Origin: Eubacteriales bacterium
GTDB taxonomy: Bacteria; Bacillota; Clostridia; Christensenellales; Aristaeellaceae
Reading direction: 5' to 3'
DNA: 64,000 nt
NCBI GenBank assembly: GCA_031547595.1
Contig: JAVBRU010000018.1
Location: 3,896-67,895 of the forward strand
Position numbers and translations under genes: made by a program. Shown piece by piece: positions 41,728 to 51,759 of the stretch (positions are counted from its first letter, which is position 1; each line of letters opens with the position of its first letter). The notes beneath the pieces were generated by a model. The model was not told where the DNA came from. It did not search any database and was given only the letters and a program-made list of their open reading frames with translations.

Positions 41728-42729
41728 TCACCACATCTTAACGACCTGAACATCCTTGAAATAATACATCACAATATCCTCGGCAGTTTTGCCGGATTCA
41801 GCCATGCCATATGCGCCCCACTGCGGCATGCCCACGCCGTGGCCATAGCCTTTTCCGGCCACGGAGAGTGTGCCATCCTTAAACTCCAGGGACGTGAGCA
41901 AAGTAGAGCGCATCTGGGTAGAACCCAGCGCGATTCGCAGCTCCGGTGCGGAGACGCTTTTGCCGTTGATCAGGATGGTGAGCGCACGGCCGCTGTCGCC
42001 TTTATCGCCGATGGTGACGGTTTCGATGGCAGTCACATCTTTGAGCCCGGCCTTTTTAGCGGCGGCCAGCAGCTCGGCGCTGCTGAAGGATGCCGTCCAT
42101 TCCTGCGCTTCCTTGGGCGCTTTGCTGCTTTCGTTGCCTTTGACCACTTGGGTGTAGCCCGGCTCGGCCTTCTCGTAGGCCAGGCCTTCCTTGGCCAACG
42201 CGGTCATGCCGCCGGACTGCGCATGGAACCAAGCATAAGGCAGCTCACCCTTTTGAGACAGCACCAGCCCGCGCGTTTCCTCCACGGCCTGGACGATACG
42301 CTCGTTGACGCCGGTAGCGTCATACGCCTGTGCTTCCTCAATATCGGTAGAAATATCCGCCCCCTGATACTGGCTCTCTTTTTCAGTGCAGAATTTGAGC
42401 ACAAAGGTACGTGCCAGGATGGCCTGCGCCTTCAGCGCTTCCATTGGCCAGTCGTTTTTCATTTCTCCAGCCAGCACGCCCAGCAGATAGGTTTCAATAT
42501 CCATTTCAGAGATGCCCTCTTCGTCCACATCATAGACGGACAGGGTAGGGATGCCCTCGTCATCCAGCTCCAGCTTGGAGGGCATGGCAGGCTTTTGTGT
42601 ATCGCCAGTGGGGCTGGTTGTGCCATCGGGCTTATCGGTGGCGTTTTGATCGGCGGCGCTGGTGCAGCCGGAAAGCAGGAGTGCCAGAGCCAATATCAGT
42701 GCCAGCGTGTAGTTGCGTTTATGGTGCAT
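41728..42729 (-). CDS. spoIID: SpoIID/LytB-domain protein (stage II sporulation protein D-like lytic transglycosylase)
   Basis: 333 aa with lipoprotein signal LLLSGCTS. It has ETYLLGVLAGEM…WPMEALKAQAILARTF…, …FHAQSGGMT… and the C-terminal GYGHGVGMPQWGAYGMA. Confidence 0.85.
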   Translation of the reverse strand: MHHKRNYTLALILALALLLSGCTSAADQNATDKPDGTTSPTGDTQKPAMPSKLELDDEGIPTLSVYDVDEEGISEMDIETYLLGVLAGEMKNDWPMEALKAQAILARTFVLKFCTEKESQYQGADISTDIEEAQAYDATGVNERIVQAVEETRGLVLSQKGELPYAWFHAQSGGMTALAKEGLAYEKAEPGYTQVVKGNESSKAPKEAQEWTASFSSAELLAAAKKAGLKDVTAIETVTIGDKGDSGRALTILINGKSVSAPELRIALGSTQMRSTLLTSLEFKDGTLSVAGKGYGHGVGMPQWGAYGMAESGKTAEDIVMYYFKDVQVVKMW

Positions 42730-42803
42730 AGAAAAACCCCCCTCACATCCCTATCATGCCCAGGGCATGAAGAAACATGAGGAGGGAAATTGTGCTAAAT
42801 GAA

Positions 42804-44126
42804 TTAGCCTACATCGCCGCTGTTGAGCTCATACTGCGTGCCCAACCATTTTTGCAGGGCGATAAAGGTTTTGGAACCTGCAACGCCATCCACGGTGAGC
42901 TGGCAATATTTCTGGAAAGCCTTCACAGCCGCTGTGGTCTGGGGGCCATACTTGCCATCAATTGTATCGGTATAGAAACCTGCTTGGGCAAGCTCTGTCT
43001 GCAGCTTGCGCACGTCCGAGCCGCTGCAGCCCGCGCGCAGCGTTCTGCTGTAGCCGGTGGTGCCGGGTGTGGTACCGCCGCTGGTGGAGGGCTCCACGTT
43101 ATCCAAGCTCAGCATGTTGATCAGCTCCAGGGTGATGGCGCCGACAAGGCCGTCCTGCTTAATGTTATGGTCCTTTTGGAACTTAATGACGGCCTGCTGG
43201 GTGAGAACACCAAAGATACCGTCTGCGTTGCCCAGCAGGTAGCCGCCGGACTTCAAGCGCATTTGCATCTGCGCAACGTCAGTGCCAACCGAGCCAAGCT
43301 TCATGGTGCGCTGGGTGCCATCGGTGGAGCCGGAATCGGTGCCCTGCGAAGAGCTGGGCCACAGGTAGCGGCGCAAGGTGGCATCAGCCTTGCCCGTTTG
43401 GGTAAGGTTGTTTTGCTTCTGGTAGGTTTTGACGGCGTCTACGGTGCTGGAGTCAAAATAGCCGCTGCTATAATAGCCAGAGGGCAGACAGTTGAGCTGG
43501 TTCAGACGGGCCTGTAAAATAAGCACGTCATAACCGCGATCGCCGGAGCTGAGATTGCGTACGGGGATGCCGCCGTTGAAGATCTTGGCTTTGCGGTTGT
43601 ACAACGCATCGAACGTCTTTGTGCCCGCAACGCCATCCACCGTCAGCCCGGCAGAGGTTTGGAACGCTTTGAGGGCAACGCTGACATCATAGCCAAAGAT
43701 ACCGTCAATTGCGCCCTTGTAGTAATACGTGGCGAAAAGATTCTCTTGCAGTTTTTTCACTTCGTCGCCATAGCTGCCGAATTTCAGCGACTTAAGGGAC
43801 GAAGCGGGGTCGGGAGCGCTCTTTTTGAGGGCGGAATCGCCGTTGAGCATCGCCAGGGTGGCAGGGCCAATTTTGCCATCCACCTTCAGGCCGTTGCGGG
43901 TCTGGAACTCGCGGACGGAGCTTTGCATGCCGGGGCCGAACTTGCCATCCTGCGCGCCGGTATAGTATTCGTAGTACGCCAAGCGAACCTGCGCGGCCAA
44001 TACGTCCGCGCCTTCCATACCATACTCCAGGGTGCGTGCGGGGATCTCATCCGCAATAGCGGATGCCATCATCAGCGGCAGGACCATAACCAACATAAGA
44101 AGTAAAGCAACCATACGTTTTTTCAT
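42804..44126 (-). CDS. secreted protein with about 6-7 peptidoglycan-binding (PG_binding_1-like) repeats
   Basis: Trimmed to ATG 44126 (RBS GGAGGAGG). 440 aa with signal peptide MKKRMVALLLMLVMVLPLMMASAIA. It has the same repeat unit as the 979-aa protein (…LGYY.G..DG.FG..T..AVK.FQ..NGL..DG.AG..T…). Confidence 0.8.
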   Translation of the reverse strand: MKKRMVALLLMLVMVLPLMMASAIADEIPARTLEYGMEGADVLAAQVRLAYYEYYTGAQDGKFGPGMQSSVREFQTRNGLKVDGKIGPATLAMLNGDSALKKSAPDPASSLKSLKFGSYGDEVKKLQENLFATYYYKGAIDGIFGYDVSVALKAFQTSAGLTVDGVAGTKTFDALYNRKAKIFNGGIPVRNLSSGDRGYDVLILQARLNQLNCLPSGYYSSGYFDSSTVDAVKTYQKQNNLTQTGKADATLRRYLWPSSSQGTDSGSTDGTQRTMKLGSVGTDVAQMQMRLKSGGYLLGNADGIFGVLTQQAVIKFQKDHNIKQDGLVGAITLELINMLSLDNVEPSTSGGTTPGTTGYSRTLRAGCSGSDVRKLQTELAQAGFYTDTIDGKYGPQTTAAVKAFQKYCQLTVDGVAGSKTFIALQKWLGTQYELNSGDVG

Positions 44127-44277
44127 TTGGAATGTACCTCCTCCAAAGTCAAAAAGCTCACAGGGGTATTCTGTAACTTGATTATAACACAGGTTGAGCG
44201 AAAAACATATTCCGAAATTATGTCTAAATGCATAATTTACATGTAACAACTGTAAAATCCAACAGGCTGTTCTGGGC

Positions 44278-44309
44278 AAAAGTGAGGCGCGCAAGGCTTT
44301 TGCGCGCCC
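44278..44309 (-). terminator. probable intrinsic terminator after yacL
   Basis: On the minus strand: GGCGCGCAA-AAGCC-TTGCGCGCC followed by TCACTTTTG. Confidence 0.5.
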
Positions 44310-44331
44310 AAATATCCCATACATTACCATG

Positions 44332-45174
44332 CTAAACGGCGCGGTTTTCCGCTGTTTTGACGCGGCCAAAGATCATGCGCCCGGCGCTGGTCTGTAAAAC
44401 GGTGGTAACCACCACATCCAGCACCTCGCCCACATGGCGGCGCGCACTTTCCACCACCACCATCGTGCCGTCGTCCAGGTATGCCACGCCCTGGCCGGGC
44501 TCCTTGCCCTCGCGCACCACCTGCACGGTCATTTCCTCGCCGGGCAACACCACGGGCTTCACGGCGTTTGCCAACTCGTTGATGTTCATCACGCGCACGC
44601 CCGTTACGGCAGCCACTTTGTTGAGGTTATAATCGTTGGTCATCACAACGCCTCCCACATCCCGCGAAAGGCGAAGCAGCTTCACATCCACTTCCTGAAG
44701 GTCGGGATAATCCTGCTCCTCCACGCGCACGGTGCAGCCGGATAGATCCTCCTGGATGTGGGCAATGATATCCAGACCGCGGCGGCCACGGTTGCGGCGA
44801 AGCGCGTCAGAGCTGTCGGCAATGTGCCGAAGCTCTGCCAGCACAAAGGCGGGGATGATCAGCTCGCCCTCCAGAAAGCCCGCCTTGGCAATGTCCAGGA
44901 TGCGGCCGTCAATGAGTACGGAAGTATCGAGCACCTTGGGGATGTTGGGGTTGATCGGCACAACATCGGCAGGGGAGAGGGCATTGCTATACTGCTTGCC
45001 AATGCGCCAGCCAGCCGCCATCAACAGCGCGTACATCAGCGCTGCAGCGCCCCACACATACCAGCTTTCGGGCATCAGGCGCAGCGGCTGCATCAGCAGC
45101 GCGGCCAGCAGTGCGCCCCCTGCCATCCCGGTCAGTTTTGCAAGAGATTTGGACGGAAATAAGATGGTTTTCAT
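44332..45174 (-). CDS. yacL: PIN/TRAM-domain membrane-anchored protein (YacL-like)
   Basis: It has N-terminal TM helices, a PIN domain ([15 protein letters not shown]…[11 protein letters not shown]…DVKLL…VMTNDYNL) and a C-terminal TRAM-like beta domain. It lies directly downstream of radA, as in Bacillus. Confidence 0.8.
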   Translation of the reverse strand: MKTILFPSKSLAKLTGMAGGALLAALLMQPLRLMPESWYVWGAAALMYALLMAAGWRIGKQYSNALSPADVVPINPNIPKVLDTSVLIDGRILDIAKAGFLEGELIIPAFVLAELRHIADSSDALRRNRGRRGLDIIAHIQEDLSGCTVRVEEQDYPDLQEVDVKLLRLSRDVGGVVMTNDYNLNKVAAVTGVRVMNINELANAVKPVVLPGEEMTVQVVREGKEPGQGVAYLDDGTMVVVESARRHVGEVLDVVVTTVLQTSAGRMIFGRVKTAENRAV

Positions 45175-45248
45175 ACACTCCACTCTTTCTATATGATAAT
45201 ATACATAGCATGCACGATTCCGCCCCTTTCATGCATGCCATCATACAA

Positions 45249-46634
45249 TCAAGTGGAGGAACGGAATAATCCCATCACAGCCATGGCCTGCGCCACGGTA
45301 TCCACTGGGTGCAGCTCCACGCCCTGTGGCTTTTTGAAATGCGCCATGTTGCCCTTGGGACACAAAATATGCTCAAAGCCCAGGCGCTGGCACTCGGCCG
45401 CGCGGCGCTCTAGCTGCGGGATGGCGCGAATTTCGCCGGCTAATCCTACTTCGCCTATCACGGCCCAGTCTCCGGGCAGGGCGACATCATTGTAGGACGA
45501 AGCAATGGCCATGCAGATGGCAAGGTCTGCCGCAGGCTCGCTCAGCGCCATGCCGCCAGCCACGTTGATATACACGTCCCGGTTGTAGGTTTTGAGGCCG
45601 CCGCGTTTTTCCATCACGGCCAATAGCAGCATCATGCGCGCGGTATCTACTCCGTCTGCGGTGCGGCGGGGCGCGGCATAATAGCTTTGTGCCACCAGCG
45701 CCTGGATATCCACCAGCATGGGGCGCGTGCCTTCCAGCGCGCACAGCACGCAGGAACCGCTGGCACCGCGCGCACGCTGGGACAGCAGGGTTTCGGAGGC
45801 GTTCTCCACCGTGCGCATGCCGTCGCCCGTCATTTCAAATATGCCCAGCTCGTTCACAGAGCCAAAGCGGTTCTTCACCGCCCGCAGCAGCCGGTATTCG
45901 TGCTGATGATCGCCTTCAAAATACAACACCACGTCCACCATGTGTTCGAGGATGCGCGGGCCCGCAATTGCGCCCTCCTTGGTGACATGGCCTACCAGAA
46001 ACAGCGCGCAGCCCATCGTCTTGGCATAGCGCATCAATAGCGCGGCACTCTCGCGCACCTGGCTGACGCTACCCGGCGCGCTGCCCATTTCAGGGCGGTA
46101 CATGGTCTGGATGGAGTCAATCACGGCAAAATCGGGCTGAATCTGGTTCAGCTTCTCCTCAATGGCGTCCATGGCATTTTCGGCCAGGATGAGGATGTCG
46201 GTGTGATCAACGCCCAGGCGCTGTGCGCGCAGCTTGATCTGGCGCGCGCTTTCTTCGCCGCTGATGTACAGCACTTTTTTGCCCGCTTGGGAGAGGTGCG
46301 CACACACTTGCAGGAGCAAGGTGGATTTGCCGATGCCAGGGTCGCCGCCCACCAGCGTCAGCGAGCCCTCCACAATGCCGCCGCCGAGCACCCGATCAAG
46401 CTCCGCAATGCCGCTGGGAATATAAATCTGCGCCCCGGCCTCAATATCGCGGAAGGTGCAGGCATTGGCACCGATGCCTGCGCGCTGCTTGAGCGGCTTG
46501 GGTTCGGGCTTTTCGGGGGCTTGTACCACTTCGGTGAGGGTGTTCCACTGCGAGCATTCCGGGCAGCGTCCCATCCAGCGTGGGGTTTCGTATCCGCACG
46601 CGGAACACTGAAAGGTGCTTCTTGCCTTGGCCAT
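45249..46634 (-). CDS. radA: DNA repair protein RadA/Sms
   Basis: Trimmed to ATG 46634 (RBS GGAGGAA). 461 aa with zinc finger FQCSACGYETPRWMGRCPECSQWNT, Walker A GGDPGIGKST, KNRFG motif AVKNRFGSVNE and a Lon-like C-terminal domain. Confidence 0.95.
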   Translation of the reverse strand: MAKARSTFQCSACGYETPRWMGRCPECSQWNTLTEVVQAPEKPEPKPLKQRAGIGANACTFRDIEAGAQIYIPSGIAELDRVLGGGIVEGSLTLVGGDPGIGKSTLLLQVCAHLSQAGKKVLYISGEESARQIKLRAQRLGVDHTDILILAENAMDAIEEKLNQIQPDFAVIDSIQTMYRPEMGSAPGSVSQVRESAALLMRYAKTMGCALFLVGHVTKEGAIAGPRILEHMVDVVLYFEGDHQHEYRLLRAVKNRFGSVNELGIFEMTGDGMRTVENASETLLSQRARGASGSCVLCALEGTRPMLVDIQALVAQSYYAAPRRTADGVDTARMMLLLAVMEKRGGLKTYNRDVYINVAGGMALSEPAADLAICMAIASSYNDVALPGDWAVIGEVGLAGEIRAIPQLERRAAECQRLGFEHILCPKGNMAHFKKPQGVELHPVDTVAQAMAVMGLFRSST

Positions 46635-46828
46635 ATATTCCTCCATCCACAGGCAGCGCCTGTTTTATCCTATCATGCTTTGTTTCGCTTCGCCATGACA
46701 ACCTTTGTCGGCTTTTGTTGTATTCGTCAATTTATGTAGTTTTCCTGCCACAACCGCTGTAAATTGCCATCGCTGCCATTGCGCAGATGCTATATTTCAT
46801 ATATAATATGTACGTTAAGGAGGCTTCC

Positions 46829-47905
46829 ATGAGGAGAAAGTATCAGGATTCGCTGTTTTCCGCGCCGCGCAAGAAGCGCCCCTGGATTGGTATCACGCTG
46901 CTGTTGCTTGCGATTGCGCTGATGGTCGTCTATTTTTTCAATATGGTCAACAACGGGCATGTTAAATTGCTCAAGCAATCGGTCACGGTGCCTTCCCTTC
47001 CCTCTGCGATGGAGGGGTACAAAATTTTGCACATCAGCGATTTGCATGGCATCGGCTATGGCAAAAACCAAAGCAATCTGATGTCATCCATCAGCACCCA
47101 AAACTATAACATGGTATGTATTACCGGCGATATGCTGGGGCCGGATGGCGAAACCAAGCCTTTTCTGGATCTGATTGCCGCATTGCCGGAGAACGTGCCC
47201 GTCTATTTTATCCCCGGCGATGAAGACCCTGCTGCCATCGTCAGCAAACCCCATGGCAACGACAGCGCCAAGGCGGATTACATCGTGGCCGCGGAAGAGC
47301 TGGGCGCAATTTATGTGGACGCGCCGATCAAAATCACCGTGGGCAAAAGCGTGATGTGGCTGTGGCCGCTCAATGTTTATACCATGGATTTGGATACGCA
47401 GCAGGACGCGCTGGACAAGCGCCATGCAGAGCTGATGACGGAGCCGGAGACAACGGAGCGCCGCGCCATGCTGCAGGCGGTGGAATACCAGCAGGATCAG
47501 GTGGCGCGCATCCGCGCGGCCAAGCGCGAGATGGCCGAGGTTGACTTCCACATGGCACTCACCCATCACCCGCTTACGGCAACGGGCGTGTATAACCTGC
47601 GCGAGTGGCACGATGCCAATCCGTCTTATATCAGCTCGCTTTCCCTGGTGTTGGCCGGGCATTATGTGAACGGCCAATGGCGGCTGCCGATTGTGGGCGC
47701 TGTGTACGCGCCGCCCTCTGCGGGGTATACAGAGAACGGCTGGTTCCCCGGCGAAGAGCTGAGCGGATTGAGCGCCACGCGCGGCATGACGCAGTACATC
47801 AGCCCCGGCCTTGGTGCGGCATCGGTGTTCCCCCTGCCTGCACTGCGCCTGTTCAATACCCCGGCCATGACGATTTTAACCTTGACCACCAAAATGACAC
47901 AATAA
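46829..47905 (+). CDS. membrane-anchored metallophosphoesterase
   Basis: Trimmed to ATG 46829 (RBS AAGGAGG). 358 aa with an N-terminal TM helix. Calcineurin-like motifs are ILHISDLHG, ITGDM and …LTHHP. Confidence 0.8.
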   Translation: MRRKYQDSLFSAPRKKRPWIGITLLLLAIALMVVYFFNMVNNGHVKLLKQSVTVPSLPSAMEGYKILHISDLHGIGYGKNQSNLMSSISTQNYNMVCITGDMLGPDGETKPFLDLIAALPENVPVYFIPGDEDPAAIVSKPHGNDSAKADYIVAAEELGAIYVDAPIKITVGKSVMWLWPLNVYTMDLDTQQDALDKRHAELMTEPETTERRAMLQAVEYQQDQVARIRAAKREMAEVDFHMALTHHPLTATGVYNLREWHDANPSYISSLSLVLAGHYVNGQWRLPIVGAVYAPPSAGYTENGWFPGEELSGLSATRGMTQYISPGLGAASVFPLPALRLFNTPAMTILTLTTKMTQ

Positions 47906-47930
47906 TTTATGGATAAGAGGATGATTCTCT

Positions 47931-49985
47931 GTGGGTAAATATTCCTTCTTCAACCGCGAACTCAGCTGGATTCAATTCAACCGCCGCGTGTTGGAAGAAG
48001 CCGTCAATCCCAATCACCCGTTGCTGGAAAGGGGCAAGTTCCTGTCCATTTGCTCCAGCAACCTGGATGAGTTTTTTATGGTTCGCATCGGCTCTTTGGC
48101 GCAGGCGGCGGAAAGTGGCAGCAAGAAGAAGGACGCTGCCGGCATGACGCCCAAGGCACAATTGGAGGCCGCCGTGGCCGCCGTGCGAAAGCAAACGGCG
48201 CGCCAGATGGACATTATTCAAAACGACTATCTGCCGGCCCTCAAGGGCATTGGCATTCATCTGCTGGCTGCGTCCCAGCTCAATCACGAGCAGACGCGCT
48301 GGCTGTCGGGCTATTTTGAGGCAGAAGTGCTGCCGCAGCTGACGCCACGCGCCATTGACGCAAGGCGCCCCTTCCCGCTGCTGGCCGCCCGGCGGCTGCA
48401 TATGGCGGTGCTGCTGCCGCCCATTCTTCGTACGGGCGCGCCGCGTTTTGCGCTGGTGCCGCTGCCCTCGTTGCTGCCGCGGGTGGTGTTTTTGCCCATG
48501 GGCATTGGCAAAGCGCGCGGCATTTTGCTGGAGGATGTGGTCACGCTCTTTGCCAAGCGCTTGTTTGGTGGCGTGCAGCCGATTACGTGCATGGCGTTTC
48601 GCATCACACGCAATACGGACTTTTTGTATAACGACAGCGACGCCGATGCCCTGATCATCGAAATGCGCAAAAACCTCAAGCGCCGCAAATGGGGCAAAGT
48701 GGTGCGCGTTGAGGTGGCGCAGGGCTTTGACCGCCGCCTGATGTCGCGCCTGAAGCGCTATATTGACTTTACGGATGCCCAGGTCATTGAGGCGGGCAGC
48801 TTTATCAACCCGGGTTTTTTCATGAAGCAGTTTGCCAGCCTGCCCGGCTTTGATGAGCACCGCTATCCGCCGCTCGCACCCTATACAGACGAGCGGCTTT
48901 TGAAGAATCAATCGATCTTCCGCACCATCCGAGAGGGGGATCTGTTCTTCCACCATCCCTACGATAGCTTTGACCCCATCGTGCGCTTTGTGCTGGAGGC
49001 TGCGGAGGACCCGCGCGTGGTGGCCATCAAGCAAACCCTGTATCGCGTCAGCGGCAAAAGCCCCATTGTGGCAGCGTTGTCCCGCGCGGCGCAGCAGGGC
49101 AAACAGGTGACGGTGCTGATCGAGGTGCGCGCCCGCTTTGACGAAGAAAACAACATCAATTGGTGCCTCGAGCTGGAAAAGGCGGGCTGCCATGTGGTGT
49201 ATGGCGTGGCCAACCTGAAGGCGCACAGCAAGATCACGTTGGTGGTGCGCAGGGAAGAGCAGGGGCTTCGCTCCTATGTGCACCTTGGCACAGGCAACTA
49301 TAACGATGTGACGGCGCGGCTGTACACCGATATGGGCATCCTGACCTGCGACGATACACTGGGGCGCGATGCCGGGGTATTCTTTAACACCGTGACGGGC
49401 TATGCCGAAATCAATCAGATGCAAAAGCTGATTGTTGCGCCGCATGGCCTTCGTGCAGAGCTTCAGCGGCTGATCGAGCGGGAGATTCAAAACGCGCAGG
49501 ACGGCCTGCCTGCAGCGATCGTTGCCAAAATGAACTCGCTGGTAGACCCCGGCATGATCAAGCTGCTATACCGCGCGGCGGATGAGGGCGTGGAAGTGGA
49601 TTTGATTGTGCGCGGCATTTGCTGCCTCAAAACGGCGGGGCGGCCCAATTTGCATGTGCGCTCTATCGTGGGAAGGTTCCTGGAGCATGCGCGGGTATTC
49701 CTGTTTGAAAACGGGGGTGAGCATGCACTGTATATGTCCTCTGCGGACTGGATGCCGCGTAACCTCGACAAGCGGGTGGAGCTGATGTTCCCCATTGAAG
49801 ACGCGGCCATCAAAACCCGCGTGGAGGCCGTGCTGCAGACCGAGCTGGCAGATAATACGCAGGCATGGACGATGAAGAAGAGCGGCAAGTACCGCAAGGT
49901 GCAGCCGCAGGAACCGGTGATTAACTGCCAGAGCTTGTTCACCAGCCGGGGCGCGGATTTCCCCTCTCAGGGGGAAGAGGAGTAA
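47931..49985 (+). CDS. ppk1: polyphosphate kinase 1
   Basis: GTG start 47931 (RBS AAGAGGA). 684 aa. FFNRELSWIQFNRRVLEEA…PLLERGKFLSICSSNLDEFFMVR is the canonical PPK1 N-terminus. There are two PLD-like HKD-type C-terminal domains (…AHSKITLV…, …RFLEHARVF…). Confidence 0.95.
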   Translation: MGKYSFFNRELSWIQFNRRVLEEAVNPNHPLLERGKFLSICSSNLDEFFMVRIGSLAQAAESGSKKKDAAGMTPKAQLEAAVAAVRKQTARQMDIIQNDYLPALKGIGIHLLAASQLNHEQTRWLSGYFEAEVLPQLTPRAIDARRPFPLLAARRLHMAVLLPPILRTGAPRFALVPLPSLLPRVVFLPMGIGKARGILLEDVVTLFAKRLFGGVQPITCMAFRITRNTDFLYNDSDADALIIEMRKNLKRRKWGKVVRVEVAQGFDRRLMSRLKRYIDFTDAQVIEAGSFINPGFFMKQFASLPGFDEHRYPPLAPYTDERLLKNQSIFRTIREGDLFFHHPYDSFDPIVRFVLEAAEDPRVVAIKQTLYRVSGKSPIVAALSRAAQQGKQVTVLIEVRARFDEENNINWCLELEKAGCHVVYGVANLKAHSKITLVVRREEQGLRSYVHLGTGNYNDVTARLYTDMGILTCDDTLGRDAGVFFNTVTGYAEINQMQKLIVAPHGLRAELQRLIEREIQNAQDGLPAAIVAKMNSLVDPGMIKLLYRAADEGVEVDLIVRGICCLKTAGRPNLHVRSIVGRFLEHARVFLFENGGEHALYMSSADWMPRNLDKRVELMFPIEDAAIKTRVEAVLQTELADNTQAWTMKKSGKYRKVQPQEPVINCQSLFTSRGADFPSQGEEE

Positions 49986-50022
49986 CCCTATCCTACCCGA
50001 ACTACAAAGGAGTGTTGCTGTC

Positions 50023-51462
50023 ATGACCATGGAATCCTCGCGCTACGTTTCGCCCTTTTCCACCCGCTATGCCAGCGACGAAATGCAATACCTGTTTTCC
50101 GCACAAAACAAGTTCTCCCATTGGCGAAAATTGTGGGTAATTCTGGCAGATTGCGAGCGGCAGCTGGGGCTGCCGGTTTCGCAGGCGCAAGTGGACGAAT
50201 TGCGCGCCCACACCGAGGATGTCGACTTTGACGCCGCCGCGGCCTATGAGAAAAAACTGCGCCATGATGTGATGGCGCACATCCATGCTTACGGTGATGC
50301 GTGTCCCTTGGCGCGGCCCATCATCCACCTTGGCGCGACCTCCTGCTATGTGGGGGACAACACCGATGTGCTGATACTTCGGGACGCGCTATTGCTAATC
50401 CGCGCGCGGCTCACGGCGGTGCTGCGCGTGCTGCGGGATTTTGCCGCTCAATATGCCGATCTGCCCACGCTGGCCTTCACGCACTTCCAAAGCGCTCAAC
50501 CCACCACCGTGGGCAAGCGCGCCACCCTGTGGATGAACGAGCTGTGCCTGGATATCGAGGAGATGGAATTTACGCTGAATACCCTGCGCCCCCTCGGCTG
50601 CAAAGGCACCACTGGCACCCAGGCCAGCTTTCTTTCGCTGTTTGACGGGGATTATCAGAAAGTGCGGCAGCTGGATGAGATGATTTCCAAAGCGATGGGT
50701 TTTGACGCGCCGGTACCGGTATCGGGGCAGACGTATTCGCGAAAGACGGACAGCCGGGTGCTGAACGTGCTCTCCCAAATTGCGCAGAGTGCGCATAAAT
50801 TCTCCAACGATATCCGCCTCCTGGCACACATGAAGGAGATTGAGGAGCCCTTTGAGAAAAATCAGATCGGCTCCTCTGCGATGGCTTATAAGCGCAACCC
50901 CATGCGCAGCGAGCGGATGGCCGCACTCTCCCGCTTCATCATCAGCAATGCCCAAAACGGCGCGATGACAAGCGCCGAGCAGTGGTTTGAGCGCACACTC
51001 GACGACAGCGCCAACCGCCGCCTGTCGGTCGCCGAGGGCTTCCTGGCAACAGACGCCGTGCTGTCGCTGTACCTCAATGTAGCCTCCGGCCTGGTGGTGT
51101 ACCCGAAGGTCATCGAAAAGCACCTGCAGGAAGAATTGCCCTTCATGGCCACAGAGAACATCCTGATGGACGCTGTGCAGCGTGGGGGAGACCGCCAGAC
51201 CCTGCATGAGCACATCCGCGTACACTCCCTGGCTGCTGCCGGTGCGTATAAGCTGGAGGGGCAGCCGTGCGATCTGATACAGCGCATCGCGGCGGATGAT
51301 GCCTTTGGCATGACGGAGGAAGACCTGCTTTCGCAGCTGTCGCCGGAGCGCTTTATCGGCTGCGCAGCGCTGCAAACCAGGGATTATATTGCCGGAGTGA
51401 TCGACCCCTTGCTTGCCATATACGGGCATGAGAGTGTTTTGGCAAAAGAAATTACTGTTTAG
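50023..51462 (+). CDS. purB: adenylosuccinate lyase
   Basis: 479 aa. …RYASDEMQYLFS..NKFS.WRKLW…, the fumarate-lyase signature GSSAMAYKRNPMRSE and a C-terminal ADSL domain are present. Confidence 0.95.
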   Translation: MTMESSRYVSPFSTRYASDEMQYLFSAQNKFSHWRKLWVILADCERQLGLPVSQAQVDELRAHTEDVDFDAAAAYEKKLRHDVMAHIHAYGDACPLARPIIHLGATSCYVGDNTDVLILRDALLLIRARLTAVLRVLRDFAAQYADLPTLAFTHFQSAQPTTVGKRATLWMNELCLDIEEMEFTLNTLRPLGCKGTTGTQASFLSLFDGDYQKVRQLDEMISKAMGFDAPVPVSGQTYSRKTDSRVLNVLSQIAQSAHKFSNDIRLLAHMKEIEEPFEKNQIGSSAMAYKRNPMRSERMAALSRFIISNAQNGAMTSAEQWFERTLDDSANRRLSVAEGFLATDAVLSLYLNVASGLVVYPKVIEKHLQEELPFMATENILMDAVQRGGDRQTLHEHIRVHSLAAAGAYKLEGQPCDLIQRIAADDAFGMTEEDLLSQLSPERFIGCAALQTRDYIAGVIDPLLAIYGHESVLAKEITV

Positions 51463-51475
51463 CTGTAAAAAAGGG

Positions 51476-51504
51476 TTGACAGAAGGCCGGTTATCCTTTA
51501 TACT
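51476..51504 (+). promoter_or_regulatory. sigma-A-type promoter of the leader / ABC exporter operon
   Basis: Consensus TTGACA (51476-51481), 17-nt spacer, TATACT (51499-51504). Confidence 0.7.
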
Positions 51505-51548
51505 GCCAAAGGATGTTCCAAGATTATGAAAGAAAGGAGGCCACAAAC

Positions 51549-51656
51549 ATGAAAATGATCACCCGTAACCATATCGTTGCACAGCGCCGCTTTGCGCTTA
51601 TCGCAGGCGTCAATGGGGTACCTATGTCTATTTGTGGCCACCTAAAGGTCGAGTAG
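51549..51656 (+). CDS. 35-aa leader peptide ORF upstream of the ABC exporter genes
   Basis: Strong RBS GAAAGGAGG lies 8 nt before ATG 51549. The peptide is MKMITRNHIVAQRRFALIAGVNGVPMSICGHLKVE*. It ends 31 nt before a terminator hairpin. It is too short for the track. Confidence 0.55.
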   Translation: MKMITRNHIVAQRRFALIAGVNGVPMSICGHLKVE

Positions 51657-51687
51657 CGCCAGAAAATGGTGTTTATCGCGACAATTC

Positions 51688-51726
51688 AGGTCATTGGCTG
51701 CAAACAACAGCGAATGACCTTTTTTA
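51688..51726 (+). terminator. intrinsic terminator / attenuator between the leader ORF and the ABC exporter
   Basis: AGGTCATTGGCTG-CAAACAA-CAGCGAATGACCT followed by TTTTTTAT. It is located inside the operon leader, 34 nt upstream of ATG 51760. Confidence 0.7.
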
Positions 51727-51759
51727 TATCTATACGGACTTAATTGGGGGGATTTATCT

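Noticed and set aside
41656-43517. Plus-strand ORFs of 374 aa (41656-42780) and 246 aa (42777-43517)
   Set aside because: They are antisense to spoIID and to the second PG-binding-repeat gene. They have no RBS and low-complexity translations.
47907-49490. 527-aa minus-strand ORF
   Set aside because: It is antisense to ppk1, whose product matches PPK1 end to end.
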